Shown here: piece by piece, positions 38,890 to 52,050 of the stretch | How positions within the stretch are numbered: the stretch's first letter is position 1 | Layout: each line of letters starts with the position of its first letter | Origin: Camelus ferus | Taxonomy: Eukaryota | Reading direction: 5' to 3' | Length of the DNA: 64,000 bases | Assembly: GCF_009834535.1 (NCBI RefSeq) | Contig: NC_045697.1 | Span: 92,754,001 to 92,818,000, forward strand | Program-made: the position numbers and the translations under genes | The notes under the pieces: model-generated | What the model saw: the letters and a program-made list of their open reading frames with translations, nothing else | What the model was told of the DNA's origin: nothing | Database searches by the model: none

Positions 38890-39630
38890 CTAAAATATCT
38901 CTTGACTTTATTCTAGGTGTTTTATATCAAGCACTCAGTTTAAATAAACAAGTATTTACTCAGTTTCCACAGTGTATCAGCTATTGTTGAATGAGTGATG
39001 GGGATAAGCCATTAAATAACAAGTCACAATCCCTTACCTTGTTGTGCTTATTTATGTGTGACCCAATCCAGAGGCAATATACAGTAAGAATTCAGGCAAT
39101 AAACAGAGAGCTGGTGTTTGAATCCTGCCTCTGAAACTCATAGTTAAGCGATTGTGGGTAAATGGCTTAAATTCCTTTCACTTGGGTTTCTGCAAATAAA
39201 ATGTGGATGATTTTATGGGTTAAATCAATTAATATGAGCCAAGAAATTATCAAATCCATGCTATTTGGGTATTTTTATTACTCAGACAGACATTAGACAT
39301 AATACATAATTATGTAATTGTAATGAAAGTTTGGAAGCATAAGGGTGAATGTCAGCTATAATATTTGTTAAGGTAGTCAGGGTAGTGTTCACTGGGAATG
39401 TGTTATTTGAGAAAAGAATTGTTAAAGGTGAGGCTGTGGATATTTAGGGGAAAATCATTCTAGACAAAGGAAACAACACTTTGCAAAGCCCTGAGTGTGT
39501 CTGAGGAACAAGGAGGAGGCCCAGTGACTGAAGCCTGCTGAGCCAGAGAAAAGCTAGTCAGAGATGAAGTCATGGAGTTAATAAACCTGCAGATACTGTA
39601 GGGCCTTGTAGACCATTATGAGACTATGCG
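38890..39630 (-). mobile_element. L2 fragment interrupted by a + strand MIR (~39070-39280)
   Basis: acaagtatttactcag; gtagtcagggtagtgttcactg, tgcaaagccctgag, gtagggccttgtagaccatt; MIR gtttgaatcctgcctctg. Confidence 0.75.
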
Positions 39631-39659
39631 TTTTCATGTCACAGTTTGTGACAGTGAAG

Positions 39660-40900
39660 GTAGGCTAATTTCAGATACTGTAAGTTTGTTTCATATGTAA
39701 AAATCAACAAATAAAATATTACCAATATATCACAGTATGAGATATAAACCATATGATCAGCTCAAAGTAGAAGGTAAGCATTTAATTAAACCCATTATCC
39801 AATTGTACTTAAAAAAATTGCAAACCAAAATCAGAAGAGAATTTCATTAATCTGATTAAAGATATTTACACACAGTATTAAAGAAAACACCCTATAGTAA
39901 ATATAGGAAATAGCAAAATATTCAATGTGATTCTCTTTCAATTCAGTAAGACACAAAAAAGTCTGTGTTCACTATTACTGCAATTCAACAATATTCTCTG
40001 ACAGTACAGTGAAGGTAAAACAAATAAAATCACACTTATTACAAACATAGTTATAAAATATTTATTATTGGCATTGAAATTAGTGAACTTATTTTGAGTA
40101 GATAGATACAAAGTCAATATAAAATTATACTTCTAGATATCAAAAACAATGATTTTTCACATTCAATTTATAAATTATGTGTATATAACATCAAAATAGC
40201 AAATACTGAACTCTAACAAAATAAATAAATCTAAATATATGTGTAAGATCCCCATATAAAAAAATTATACTACACTGCAGATATTAATTCTAGAAGACAT
40301 AAACAGTTGGCATATTTTACCATATTCCTGGATTCGGAAACTCTATTACAATCCTATATACATTTTCCATAAATTGATCTATAAATTTAATTTAATCCCA
40401 ATCTAAATTAATTTAGCATGATGTAGTAAATTGTCAAATTGTCTCTGAGTAATATGAAAAAACAAAATGAATAAGTCTATCAAAATAAAAATAAGAAAAA
40501 AATAGAATTACATTTTTAAATATCACAACATTAAGAACTTTAGCAATTGAGTCATATCGATATAAATACAGATCAACAGAAAAACAATACAAAAGAGAGA
40601 TGTGTGAAATAGTCTTAAATATTTATGAACAGTTACTTTATTAAAAATATTTTGCACCTGTGAGCAGTGGACAAATAGTCATTTAATAACAGTGAAACTT
40701 GGTAATTGGAAATCCATTTTTTTAATGAAAACTTTTCCTCACACTATTCACAAAGCTTAATTAGAAGAAAATTGCTGATTTAAGGTAGGAGGAAATACAA
40801 TAAACTCTTCAGAAAATAACAGGAGAATATCTTCAAGAATTTAAGGTAGGATTTTTCTTGACCACAGCAGTTCTAATGGAACAGATGCAGATAAAAGGTA
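39660..40900 (+). mobile_element. Old degenerate L1 ORF2 fragment
   Basis: aaaccatatgatca, aaattgatctataaatttaat..aatcccaat, gaaaataacaggagaatatcttca. Confidence 0.75.
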
Positions 40901-43740
40901 ATTTTGATTAAGCTAAAGACACACTAGGAAGCAAAGAATTTGCATTTGGATTAATAAATACAAATAAATATTTTAAGATTTTTACTATGACTAACAGCAA
41001 AGAAATGGGGAAGGCAGCTAAGAGTTAACATAATGTCATGACAGCATTATTAAAGTTGAAGACACCAAGGTGTGTGTACCACTACAAGAAATTCTTAAAG
41101 ACAGAAATCATGCTTCAAGAGAGATTTGATGATCACAGCAGAGTCATTACAGATTGAGGGCAGAACAGAAGCTGAAGAACAATCTTTTAAAGAAACAAAA
41201 AATTTGCATGTACTTTCTGCAACAATGAAGTGGTATTCAGATGATGGCAAAAGAGCAAGAAAAGCAGAAAATGAAACTTGGAAAATATTATTAAGCCAAA
41301 AAGAGGGGCTGAAGATAACAGCAAACAGCAACTATTGCTTTGGACTGTGTATTTAGGTATAAAACTATTACTAGTGTTTCCAAAACTTTCAGGATTCTGT
41401 TAATTCTAGAGTTGGAATGAGAAGTAGAAATATTTTATTTGTGAGATGGATAGATCTTTGCTTTATAATTATTTTTAAAATTAAAAATATGTTTTACATA
41501 GTCTTTTCAATGGAACTTTTATCTCAAATTTTAAAAAAAAAGTAGATGAGAGACTTAGTATAGCATCTGGATTATAGTAAATGCTCAGTCAGGGTTTACT
41601 TTATTGGTACTCATATTTCAATCACATTTAGAATCTGGCCCCTCTTCCCCAGAACCAAAGTAAAAGGTTAAAAATCAAAATGATTCATTTTGGAAGCAGG
41701 CAGTCTTAACAATATATTAGCTAAGTTCTTAGCATTCAGTTTACAACATGCTACATAAAATTCCAATTTTCAAATTCAGTTCCAGTTTCTTACTTCTCAC
41801 AAATGTAAATACAGAAGATACAATGTAACTTCCTCTCATCATAAGGAAAAAAAAAATCTCTAAAATTCAATATCTGAAGTATTGACTATATTTAGTTTGT
41901 GTAGACTTTTTGAGCTTGTTTAATTATAAAGGAATTGATTCATTTGTCAAAATAACTTTGAGCCTATGTGGCCAAATGTATGATATTTATTGCTTATAAT
42001 AACAGAGGATTGATTATTCCTTGTCATTTAAGGAAAATAAAAGTTTTACCAACTTCCTATCATTATTTATATTTGATGGCAAAATAACTGAAACATACTT
42101 TTTCTTTCATTTAATTTTCTTTGTCACATGATAAATTTTGTTGGAACATAATGATATGTTCTTCATTCTTATTTAATCTGAAGTAGATAATGATGAAAAT
42201 ATCATCACAGGGAGAGCTTTTTCTAAATAACTCCTCCTCCTTCTCCTGTCATTTTTCTTCATTTTCTCACTTGGTAGAATTTATTGTAAGAAATATATGA
42301 CTTTATGTCTAACATTGGACTTAGAAACTAAAACTTTGAATTTTTAACACCTTTTGTGTCTGCTGCAGCCTCAACCATGTGGGGTTTATGAGACATAGGT
42401 AATGTTTGGAATTCTACGTAAGTTTCCATAACACCCCCACTGAGGTGGGAAAGGGTGCATTGACGGAGGCAGAGAGACCTCTTAACCTTTATCGCTTTCA
42501 TTAACGCTGTTAATTCCTTTTCAGAGGGATTTATACCTGTTTAAAATTCTACATTTACATATTGATAAAAATTTACATATTTGGTAAAAATTTTCCGCCA
42601 CACCTTGTCTTTTATGCTTCTTGCTTTTGTTTCACTCACCCAGAGATCTTACTCTACTTAGATGTTAATGCTTTTATATAATTAATTGGACTTTCAAGGT
42701 CTGCCTGTTTGGGCTTATCTGATATACATTTGTCTTCATCATTTTGTGTCATCAAATCTACCAAAGTATTTTATTTGATTGTTTACCTGGAATAACCAAA
42801 TACATGCAAGCTGGCAGAATCACCCCACTTCCTATTGAGAATAGAAATGAAGCCATAACACTTCGTTTGTTTCATTTATACTTCCTGATACATATCTTAA
42901 ACCTGTAACTCCATTTTATCCATTAAAGTTAATCATGGCCACACCAAAACAAATTACAAGACAGAATTTAATTGAGCTCCAGGCTTCAGAGGAAAATATC
43001 CAAACCAAAAATCTATTTTTCTACCATATTTGTAATTCAAGAGCCATTTCTTGAGCCTATTGACAATAGGATAATCAAGATAAACCTTGATTACAAATTC
43101 CTCCCTTCTGTCCACGTGTAGCCATCATTTTATGCTACTTCATTGCGCATCCACTCTGCTTAAACTCTTGCTTTTCTTCTTCCTATGCTCCTAACTATGC
43201 ACCTCGGCTTATAATTTCAGGAGGAACAAAATGAATACACATTTTTAATATTTTCAACATCTGGGCTACCACTTAAACCATTTCTGGCGCTAAAGCAGTT
43301 GAGAATGTAGCCGACTTCATATTGACCAGATTAATGTTTGTGAGAAGAACTATTCATCTTCAGAAAAGATTCACTCTGTGCAACAACTTTCTATTGTGAA
43401 TAGTAAAGTCCTAAACTATATCACCAGGCGAGATAAGCTAAGATTAGGGTCATACGTCTCTCTTGCTATCTTTATGCAGCTAACATCTACCACAGGGGCA
43501 TAAGAATGCCCCTCCTTGCTTCTCTTCTGAGGTCTTGCAGACGGCCTCTTGCAGACAGGCCTCTTGATTGTGATCTTCCTTAACACTCCTGGACTCTCCT
43601 TCTGCTTGTCAAGTGAGTTTTTTTTGTTTGTTTTGTTTGTTTTGTTTCTCTCAGGAAGATACTGATTATTTTTATTTTAAAGGAAGAATATCTTCCTGCT
43701 TTTCTATATCTGGTTAGATTGCTCTTCTCATCAATTTTAG

Positions 43741-43800
43741 GACCAGTGGCTCCTCAGGAATGAAGAACAGAGAAAGAAAGATGACAGTTGCAAAGAGCTG
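43741..43800 (+). other. Candidate 60-nt internal exon (DQWLLRNEEQRKKDDSCKEL in phase 0)
   Basis: ctcttctcatcaattttag| ... CTG|gtaatt; purine-rich GAAGAA content. Confidence 0.3.
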
Positions 43801-45739
43801 GTAATTTTTGATGTCTGACATTTTAGGTAGCCTTAAGAATTGGATATAAATGGTAGAGGATTCTTCCCTGCTTGAGAAGCAATGGATTCTAACTTGTGTG
43901 ATATAGTCTGCAGATGAAAGGTCTTTTGTCTTCAATATAAATCATGAAAAATAAGCTACATGACAGTAAGTTTTTCAGACTGTCTCATTTTGCCATTTCT
44001 TTAACTTAACTTATTAATATTTCTCCAAAGGGGTGGATTTGAATTGCCACTGGGCATATAATTCCAGAGTAACTCTGTAGTTCCTCTTGATTAGGTTCTC
44101 AGAATAGTATTTAAGTTCTTCTTTCATTTTGTAAAAGAAAGGAAAAAAAAAAAAAAAACCTAAAGCATTGACTAACTGGCTCTTTGAGTTCAGCTAAATG
44201 ATTTGTTCCATTTGGGATTCACAAATTATCAACCCCACTTGCAAGAGAACAATCTGATCATAGATGTGCTGCTCTGAAGTTTAAATTAGAATTTTGGAAA
44301 TCCGAGGATTTAAATTAAAGCTCATACCCAAGGTAACAGAAAACCCTCCACTCTACACTCACAGAGAGAGTAATTATGTATGAGAACCTGAAATTAGAGG
44401 CTGAAATTAGAGCTATATTCACTCAGTCCCAAAGAACAGGTATTTTTTTCAGACCTCATAATGAAATGATTCCAGGTAAGATAATATACACGTCAGAGCC
44501 ATTCTGTGCCACATTTGTTCAGCCCTTATTTTCTTTTCTCAAATATATTGAATCACTTTAACTCCCTTTGTTAGTTAAAAAAAAAAAAGTTTTTTAACTA
44601 TTTATAGATTGTGGTATTTGACAAAAGATTTTTCCTAAATTTAGAAAAGGAGGTAAAAAGTGCCAAATTTAAATAAATATCCTTTTGGTTTTATTTAATA
44701 TACATAATAGCAAATACAAATAAGAATTAATGGATGTCTCTAGTATTGCTCATCACAGTGCTAAGAAACATTATACTTTTATTACAAAATATTATATATG
44801 ATGTGTTTTACGGTTTATGATAAATATTTTTATGATAAAGGATATTCAGAGAATATGAAAATATTGTCATGAAAATGATAACAAACTTTACTGACCCCTT
44901 GTTTTGTACCAGACATGCTAAATATTTCGCAAATATTGTCTCATAAAGCCTTGATAGAAATTGATGTGTATATATCTGTATGTATATCAAAAATTTTACA
45001 CATACACATAGATACATGCTTACACATTATATACCAATTTACAAGGCATTAAATTGATGATTTTCTCTGAGTCACAAAGATACATTTCCAGAGCTCAGAC
45101 TCTTTACCTCTCTAATATGGTAAAGTGTGTCACTTTTTACTTAGTGCTCTGAACTTAGAAAAATTATTTTATTATAATAAAGTTGATTGATATATTTCAA
45201 ATACATTGATTTCATGTTTTATGTAATGTTGTTCTACATTAGTATGCAAAATATATACAATAGAATATGTGTAAAAATAAACTGAAGAAATGCAAGTTAC
45301 TAAACTGAGTATGAGATCAAATTTAAACAAATCAACTACAACCAGATATGTCAAGACAAGCAATTGGCAAAAACTACCGTAATCTTGAAGAAATAGTATT
45401 TTAGTGTTGTCAGCAGTGATAAAGCCCATGAACAATCTTTTGTCATGATAAATCTGTCTAATCTGTCTTAAGACTAAGCAGCAGGTTGTCAAAGATCACA
45501 ATGTATGTAAAGTTTCACAGACACCTTAATATATGTGTGTATATATATATATAATATATACATATGTGTATGTAATTGTATAATTTCAGTGGAGTCAATG
45601 ATATTATATAAAAGCTTCACTGAGCATACATTGGCATTCCCATATGCTTTTTTGAGCAGGAAAGGAGGTTAGCTTATATAGCTACTGTCCATCAAATTAG
45701 ATATAGAGGTACAAAATTTGATTTTTCCCACATGTAAAC

Positions 45740-46062
45740 TTTATTTTTAGCATCTTTACTGAGGTATAGTTGATATACAAAAAGCTGCACATATTTAATA
45801 CAACTTGATGAGTTTGGACATATGCATAAACCTATGAAAGCATCATCACAATCAAATTAATTAAGATATCCATCACTTTTAAAAGTTTTCTCTTGCCTCT
45901 TTCCCACCTTTTGTGTAATAACAATGCATAAAATATGATCTACCCTCTTATCAAATGCTTTAAGGTAGAAGACAGTATTGTTAACCACAGGCAGTATGTC
46001 GTGCAGCAGACCTTTAGGATTTATTCATTTGGCATAACTGAAACTTTATATTTTTTGAACAA
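45740..46062 (-). mobile_element. L1MA8/9-like 3' end
   Basis: tttactgaggtatagttgatatacaaaaagctgcacatatttaa..gatctaccctctta..gcataactgaaactttata. Confidence 0.85.
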
Positions 46063-47271
46063 TATTTTACTACAGAATACTATAAAAACTACCTTTTCTG
46101 GAGTGAATCTCTATATTAATTTACCATTCTCATAAGAAAAACTGAAGGAGTGGGACTACAGTGAATTTTAGGCTTATTCCTAATCTTCATCCCCTGGTGT
46201 ATAGGGGGAAGCAATCCTATAGTAATCATATAGAAGCTATAACATCCACTTATATTTTCGCATTAATTTAGAATTATAGGCTACTTCCCTTCCTTTGAAC
46301 TATAGAAAGCATTTGCCAATTATCCTCCCAATTAAAAACATAAAAAATGTCTTCTTCCCACTATATTAATATGAGAATATAAATTGGTATGACCTTTCTG
46401 GAAGGCAATGTGGTAATGAATATCAAAAGCTTTGAAAATTAACAAGAAATAGCACTTCAGAAAGATATCCTTAAGAAACAATTATGTGAATGAAAAGATC
46501 TACAAGAATTTATAAGAAGTGTTTGTAATAACAATAAATTGGAATTTTCCTAATTGACCAACAAGGTGGGAAAATTTGAATAAATCTAATTAAATACAAT
46601 CAAGGCATTATAAAGCATGTAAAATCCATAATACCAAGAATTAAGTTATAAAAAAATCAAATCATAGTATTAAGAATATAATCAATTAAAATTGCAAATA
46701 TATGCATGCATACCATATATTAATTGTTGTACTTGTATTCAGTGGTAAAAAGTTAACAAGAAAATAATTGAATGTAATATTCATCTAAACAAGAAAATAT
46801 AACAGAAACAAAATTTAAGGTAGGTATTTTCCAACTACTATTGAAAATAATTTTAAAATGGAAATCTTTAAAATATATAGTAAATGCAATATGACATTAA
46901 GTTAACTGAAAGAACAGAACTTTTTTTTTTTTTTTTAGTAAATTGATAATTTCAATGTCATTCTCTATGTTTTGTATAGGGAACTCTTCCAGATTTACTT
47001 TGAGGGAGAAGAAAATTGGAAGTAGTTAGGCTTTTTAATCTTTTTCTTTAGACTAATAGTCACTGAAGATTATATCTACTATTAAAGAAATTGATCTTAG
47101 ATGTTCCCTTCTTGCTGGCAGAAGGCACAGTTACACAGACTGGAAGACCTATCTCTGGATCCATGCTTCAAAATAGTCATGATCCTGTTATATGTAATAT
47201 GTTTGAGAGACACCATTTTTAAAGGAATATCTATGTTTTGCAGAAGAAGAAATATAGAAAAGAAAGTAATT

Positions 47272-47370
47272 ATGTTTATTTATTTATTTTTTAATGGAGG
47301 TACTGGAGAGTGAACCCAGGATTTCATGTATGCTAAGCACACACTCTACCACTGAGCTATACCCTTCTCC
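47272..47370 (-). mobile_element. tRNA-derived camelid SINE (vic-1 type)
   Basis: Reverse complement reads ggagaagggtatagctcagtggtagagtgtgtgcttagcatacatgaaatcctgggttcactctccagtacctccattaaaaaataaataaataaa, with A box, B-box-like motif and A-rich tail. Confidence 0.85.
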
Positions 47371-47707
47371 TAATTTACTTCTCATTAAGCTTTGATCCTC
47401 TCTATTTAAATTTCTCACTGCTTCCCCCAGACAAATTTGGGTTTGGAGTCTAGAAGGATGTGACTTTTTAACAGATAACTTTTATATCTCTTAAGCCTCA
47501 AAATATGTGGATATGTAATAAATTTTTATATACATATAACTAATGGATTTTCTTCTGCTATAAAATATAGTCCACTGTTTCCATAATCTTTAATTTTATG
47601 AGCTATAAAGAATATCTCAGAGACTGACTTCTGGCATGACAGCCTAAGGAACTCCACCCCATCTTGAGCAAAAGTGGTAAAAATTATTTTTAAAAAAACA
47701 ACCATTT

Positions 47708-48876
47708 GATCAAAATTAAAAACTTCTGCTGAATGAAAAACATTGTCAGAAAAATAATAAGACAAGCCAGAGACTGGGAGAAAAAATTTGTAAAAAGTAT
47801 CTAATAAGGGACTGTTACTCACAATATACAAGAAACTCTTAAAACTCTAAAATGAGAAGACAAAGAACCTGATTAAAAATGAGAAAAGAACTGAACAGAC
47901 ACCTCACCAAAGAATATAGAGAGATGATAAATAAACATATGAAAAGATGGTCAACATCTTATGTCATTAGATAATTGGAAATTAAAACAACAGTGAGTTA
48001 CCACCATACATCTCTTAGAAATGGCCTAAATCCAGAACACTGATGACATTGATGGCAGAGACGTGGAGCTACAGAAATTCTCATTCCACACTGGGAGGAA
48101 TGCAAAATGATACAGCCACCTTACAGTTTGGAAGTTTCTTACAAAACTAAACATACTCTTATAGTATAATCCAGCAATCATAAGCCTTGATATTTACCCA
48201 AAGGAGATGAAAACATGTTCACACAAAACTTGCACATGGATGTTTTCAGCAGTTCATAATTGGCAAAACATGGAAGTAATCAAGATATTCTCCAGTAAGT
48301 GAATATATAAATAAAGTGTGGGAAGTCCAGATAATGAAATATTATTCAGTGCTAAAAATAAATGAGCTGTAAGTCATGAAAAGACATTGAGGAAGCTTAA
48401 ATGCACATTATTAAGTTGAACCAATCTTAAATGACAACATAATGTATGTTTCAAACTATACATTATCTTGTAAAAGGCAAAACTATGGAGGCACTAGAAA
48501 GATCACTTCATTGGTTGCCAGAGATTAGGCAGGAGAGAGGGATAAATTAGCAAAACACAGGGGAAATGTAGGGCAGTAAAACTACTCCGTAAGATATTAT
48601 ATTAGAGGATACATGTCATTATACGCTCATCCAAACCTGTAGAATGTAGAGTGAACTCTAATTTAAACTAAGGACTTTGGATGATAATAATGTGTAGTGA
48701 AGTTTCATTGATTATAACAAAGGCACCACTGTGGTATAGGATGTTGATAGAGGAGGAGGGTGTGCCTGTGAGGGGAAAGGCCGTTTATGGGAAATTCTGT
48801 ACTTTCTGAGCTATGAACTTAAAACTGCTCTGAAAAAAAAATCTAAAACCAACAACAATAACAACAAAAGAAACGT
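47708..48876 (+). mobile_element. L1MC1/2-like 3' fragment with TSD
   Basis: Direct repeat AACCATTT at 47700-47707 and 48877-48884; L1MC 3' UTR (aagacattgaggaagcttaaatgca, ggactttggatgataat, aaaactgctctgaaaaaa). Confidence 0.88.
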
Positions 48877-48959
48877 AACCATTTAAAGCTTCTGGAAGCG
48901 GTCCTAAGGAAAAGGAGCAAAGAAAGAAACATCTATTTATTTAAATCTATTACAATTTG

Positions 48960-49556
48960 TAAGAAACGCAACTAGGGTATTTGAATCCAAACCACTTCTC
49001 TCCACCCTCCCAAATCAGAGCATCAGAGACTCCACTCCAGAATGCTTCAGCCAAGAACACAGGGCTCCCTTTCCCCCAGCTTCCAGTCAGAATGTGAAGG
49101 AAAAGCCGGGCTGGTCTAACAAGATAACTCACAAGTCTAGGAATGTGAAGGAGAGGCTGAGCTGGGCTAACAAGATAACTCACAAATCTAAGTATTGGAA
49201 TACTGATCTGAGTTCTGCTGGACTAACTTGTAAATCTAAGTTAATTAGTGTTGGTTTGCTGTTCATGTTTTTTGCTAGCCAGCTGGGTTTTCAAAGATAC
49301 ATATCTGGCTTTGGAATGTTGGTTTGCTGCCTCCCCGCCTCCACCTTTGTGATGATAATGCTGCTAAAGCTGTTCCATGCCTACTGGCCGAATACCCCAA
49401 GCTTGTACTTTACCCTATAAAACCTCATGCGCACGTCTTGGAGGTGCTCAGAGCTTCGGAGCAGAAGCCCCTCTGAGCCCGCCGGTGTAATACATCTGAG
49501 TACTCCAACCCTCCGAGTGGTGCTTGTTTCTTGACTGGCCTGTCGTTACCATAACA
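48960..49556 (+). mobile_element. Young solo LTR (ERV1-like)
   Basis: TATA box ccctataaaa (~49413-49421), CpG-rich R/U5, ends ccataaca, two 51-bp U3 tandem repeats; exact 5' edge uncertain (48958-48967). Confidence 0.85.
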
Positions 49557-50699
49557 AGAAGGTTTTTATTCTGGGAGGTGCAGGACTTCAGCACTTCTCA
49601 TCCATCCCTAGGTACTTGTTGCTGAGGCTAAGTCACAGGTTAGTATGGTTGAGTGGTAGAGTTTTCTTTTTTATGAATGGTGACATTCATGGAACGGAGG
49701 CTTAGCACATGCCAGTACAAAGCCTCAATTGCCCTTGCCCCAGATCACATGGTGACCTTTCCAAACTGGGAGAGGCAAGTCGAGAGGACCTTAGTACAGT
49801 AGTCCTACCCTCTACCCAAACTCGGTTCATAATCGACAGAGTAGGTGCCACTCAGAAAGTAGCCTGACATAGTCCCCACCCCAAGCTCCAGAGCCCAGGC
49901 TCAGATTTTGCCTAGGGGAAGAGGCACACCCTAAAATACATAGTTCCTAATCTCTTTCCAAAGCAACTGCCTTTATTTCTCACAGAATATGGGGAAATTT
50001 AAGCATAAAGTGCTGAAAAACCGTGGAATGGCACAAGGCACCTGGGATGAGATTCATGGACTTAATGAAGATACAGTCCAGACATTAAACTGGCTAGATT
50101 GCAGGGTAGAATCAGGTAATGACACTGCTGCGGGGAGAAATCCTGGAGTCAAAATAGATATCAACAAGGGGCCTCAGAAACTAACCCTTCAGGACAGCCA
50201 AAACTTAATTGAGTTGGTTTGTAGAGGAATTTATGCTCCAGGGCATTGCTGAAAACAGTTGAGTAATCTGCCCACCATTAAGGGCATTTAACAGCGGAAT
50301 GTGGTCAGAGAAAGAGAGAAGGAAAGCCCTATCAATACCATTGGCATCCCAGGAGACTGGAGGCATTTCTGAAGCTGTTTCACCCAGCAGAACAACATCA
50401 AAGGGTCCACGTTGTGAGGGAGGAATAAACAGACTTCACTAAAACAATCTACCTAGTCACTGAAAAACAAATAAGCAAAAAAACAATAACAAACCCTGGG
50501 GACAGGAATGGGGATCAGTATCTAGAGTTGCAACAAAACACTAATTAAAATGTCCAGTTTCCAACAAAAATTTGAAACTTGCACAGAAACCTGAAATTAT
50601 GACTTTTACACCAGGGGAAAAAAAAAAGGTGCAGGCAACACAAGATGACCAGATGTAATGTTTAACAGAAAAAGACTAAATTAGCTATTATAACCTCAA

Positions 50700-51760
50700 A
50701 GGGGGAAAAAAAAATCCAAGACCAAATTAATTTACCAGTGAATTTTACCGAACATTGAAAGAATCAATAACAATTCTTATCAAATTCTTCCCAAGAAAGC
50801 ATAGGCGAGAACAAGAGAACACTTCCAAACTTCTGAAAGATTTTGTTTTGTTTTGTTTTTCCTAGTGTGTAGGTCATAACTTCTGGGTTTTGTTATTTTC
50901 TACTCTAACCTTTATTATTTCCCTCTTTTTTAACTTTAGTTTAGTTACCTCTTCTTTTTTTCAGTTTCTTAAGATGTAGGTTTAATTCTTCCTTTGCAAT
51001 TTGAATGCCATTTATTAATTAACTTATTTTCTTGCCCAGTTGCTCCGGCTTGAAATTCCAGTAGAGTACTGGACGGCGGTGGTGAAAGTGCCATGTTTGT
51101 CCTGTTACTTATTTTAGGGGGAAAGTTTTCATTCTTTCGTCACTGAGTACATTAGTTGTGGGGTTTTCCCTAAGTGCTCTTTCCATACTGAGAAAGTTCC
51201 TTTTTATTCAGGGTTTACAGGGTGATTTTATTATGAAAGTGTTGGATTTTGTCCATTTTTTTTCCATGTCAATCGAGATATACAAGTCTTTTATTTTTTA
51301 TTTTTATTCTATTAATGTGCTACATTGATTGATTTTCCTGTGTAGAACCAACCAGTACATTCCTGTGATGTGTTCTTATTTGTCGTGGTGAATAATCCTT
51401 TTAACATTCTGTAGGATTTACTTGCTAGTATTTTGCTAAAGGTTTTTGTCTCTACCTGCAGCTGGGATATTGTGCTTTCATTTCTGATCTTGTGGTATCT
51501 TTGTCTGCCTTTAGTGTCAAGGCAATGCAGACTTTTCTTCATGACTGTCATATTCATTCTCTTTCTAATATAGAATTTAAATGTTAGTAGGAAGGGATAT
51601 GGGTATTCATTTGTGTTTTTATTTCTGTATTTTCCCTAAACCCTGCTGTTCAATTTCTCCTTCTCTTCTTCAGTTCAGTTATACCAACTGAGAATTTATT
51701 CATCTCAGTTACTCCAAGTTCTGGTTTCTTTCACTTCCTTTCTACATCTGTATCTTCCTT
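50700..51760. mobile_element. Old L1 ORF2 fragments, mostly antisense
   Basis: gggaaagttttcattctttcgtcactgagta, gaaagttcctttttattc, cttgctagtattttgctaaaggtttttg. Confidence 0.75.
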
Positions 51761-51779
51761 ATAAAAGTTCTCTGTAGTC

Positions 51780-52050
51780 TGGACAAGTGCTGTTAAATAA
51801 AAATACAATGAGATCAATAATGTAATTTTAAGTTTGATAGACACATTGACAACAGGTAAAGTTTATTTTAGTAGTATATTTTATATAAGCCAATCCCCCA
51901 AATTAACGTTTTGACATATTTAAAACATTAATGAGGCATTTTATATACTTTTTATATTAGATACTTCAAATTTCACATTTTATACTTATAAGACATACTA
52001 ATTTGTGCTAGCCATATTTCAAGTTTATAAAAGTCATGTGTAGTTGCCCA
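51780..52050. mobile_element. MER33-like hAT MITE
   Basis: gtgctgttaaataaaaata..acaggtaaagtttatttt..gctagccatatttcaagt. Confidence 0.7.

Larger units (their letters stand above)
47620..50695 (+). mobile_element. Ancient L1M 5' region interrupted by two younger insertions
   Basis: gacttctggcatgacag..aaaacaaccattt resumes as aaagcttctggaagcggtcctaagg..gaaacatctattta, and after the LTR continues to aaaatgtccagtttccaacaaaaa. Confidence 0.7.

Noticed and set aside
43531..43566. Short tandem duplication (gcctcttgcagac)
   Set aside because: Ordinary slippage duplication with no further signal
47290..47370. tRNA-like sequence
   Set aside because: Degenerate stems and an A-rich tail indicate a SINE, not a tRNA gene
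49090..49192. Direct repeats resembling a CRISPR-like array
   Set aside because: Only two adjacent units with no spacers, inside a retroviral U3 in mammalian DNA
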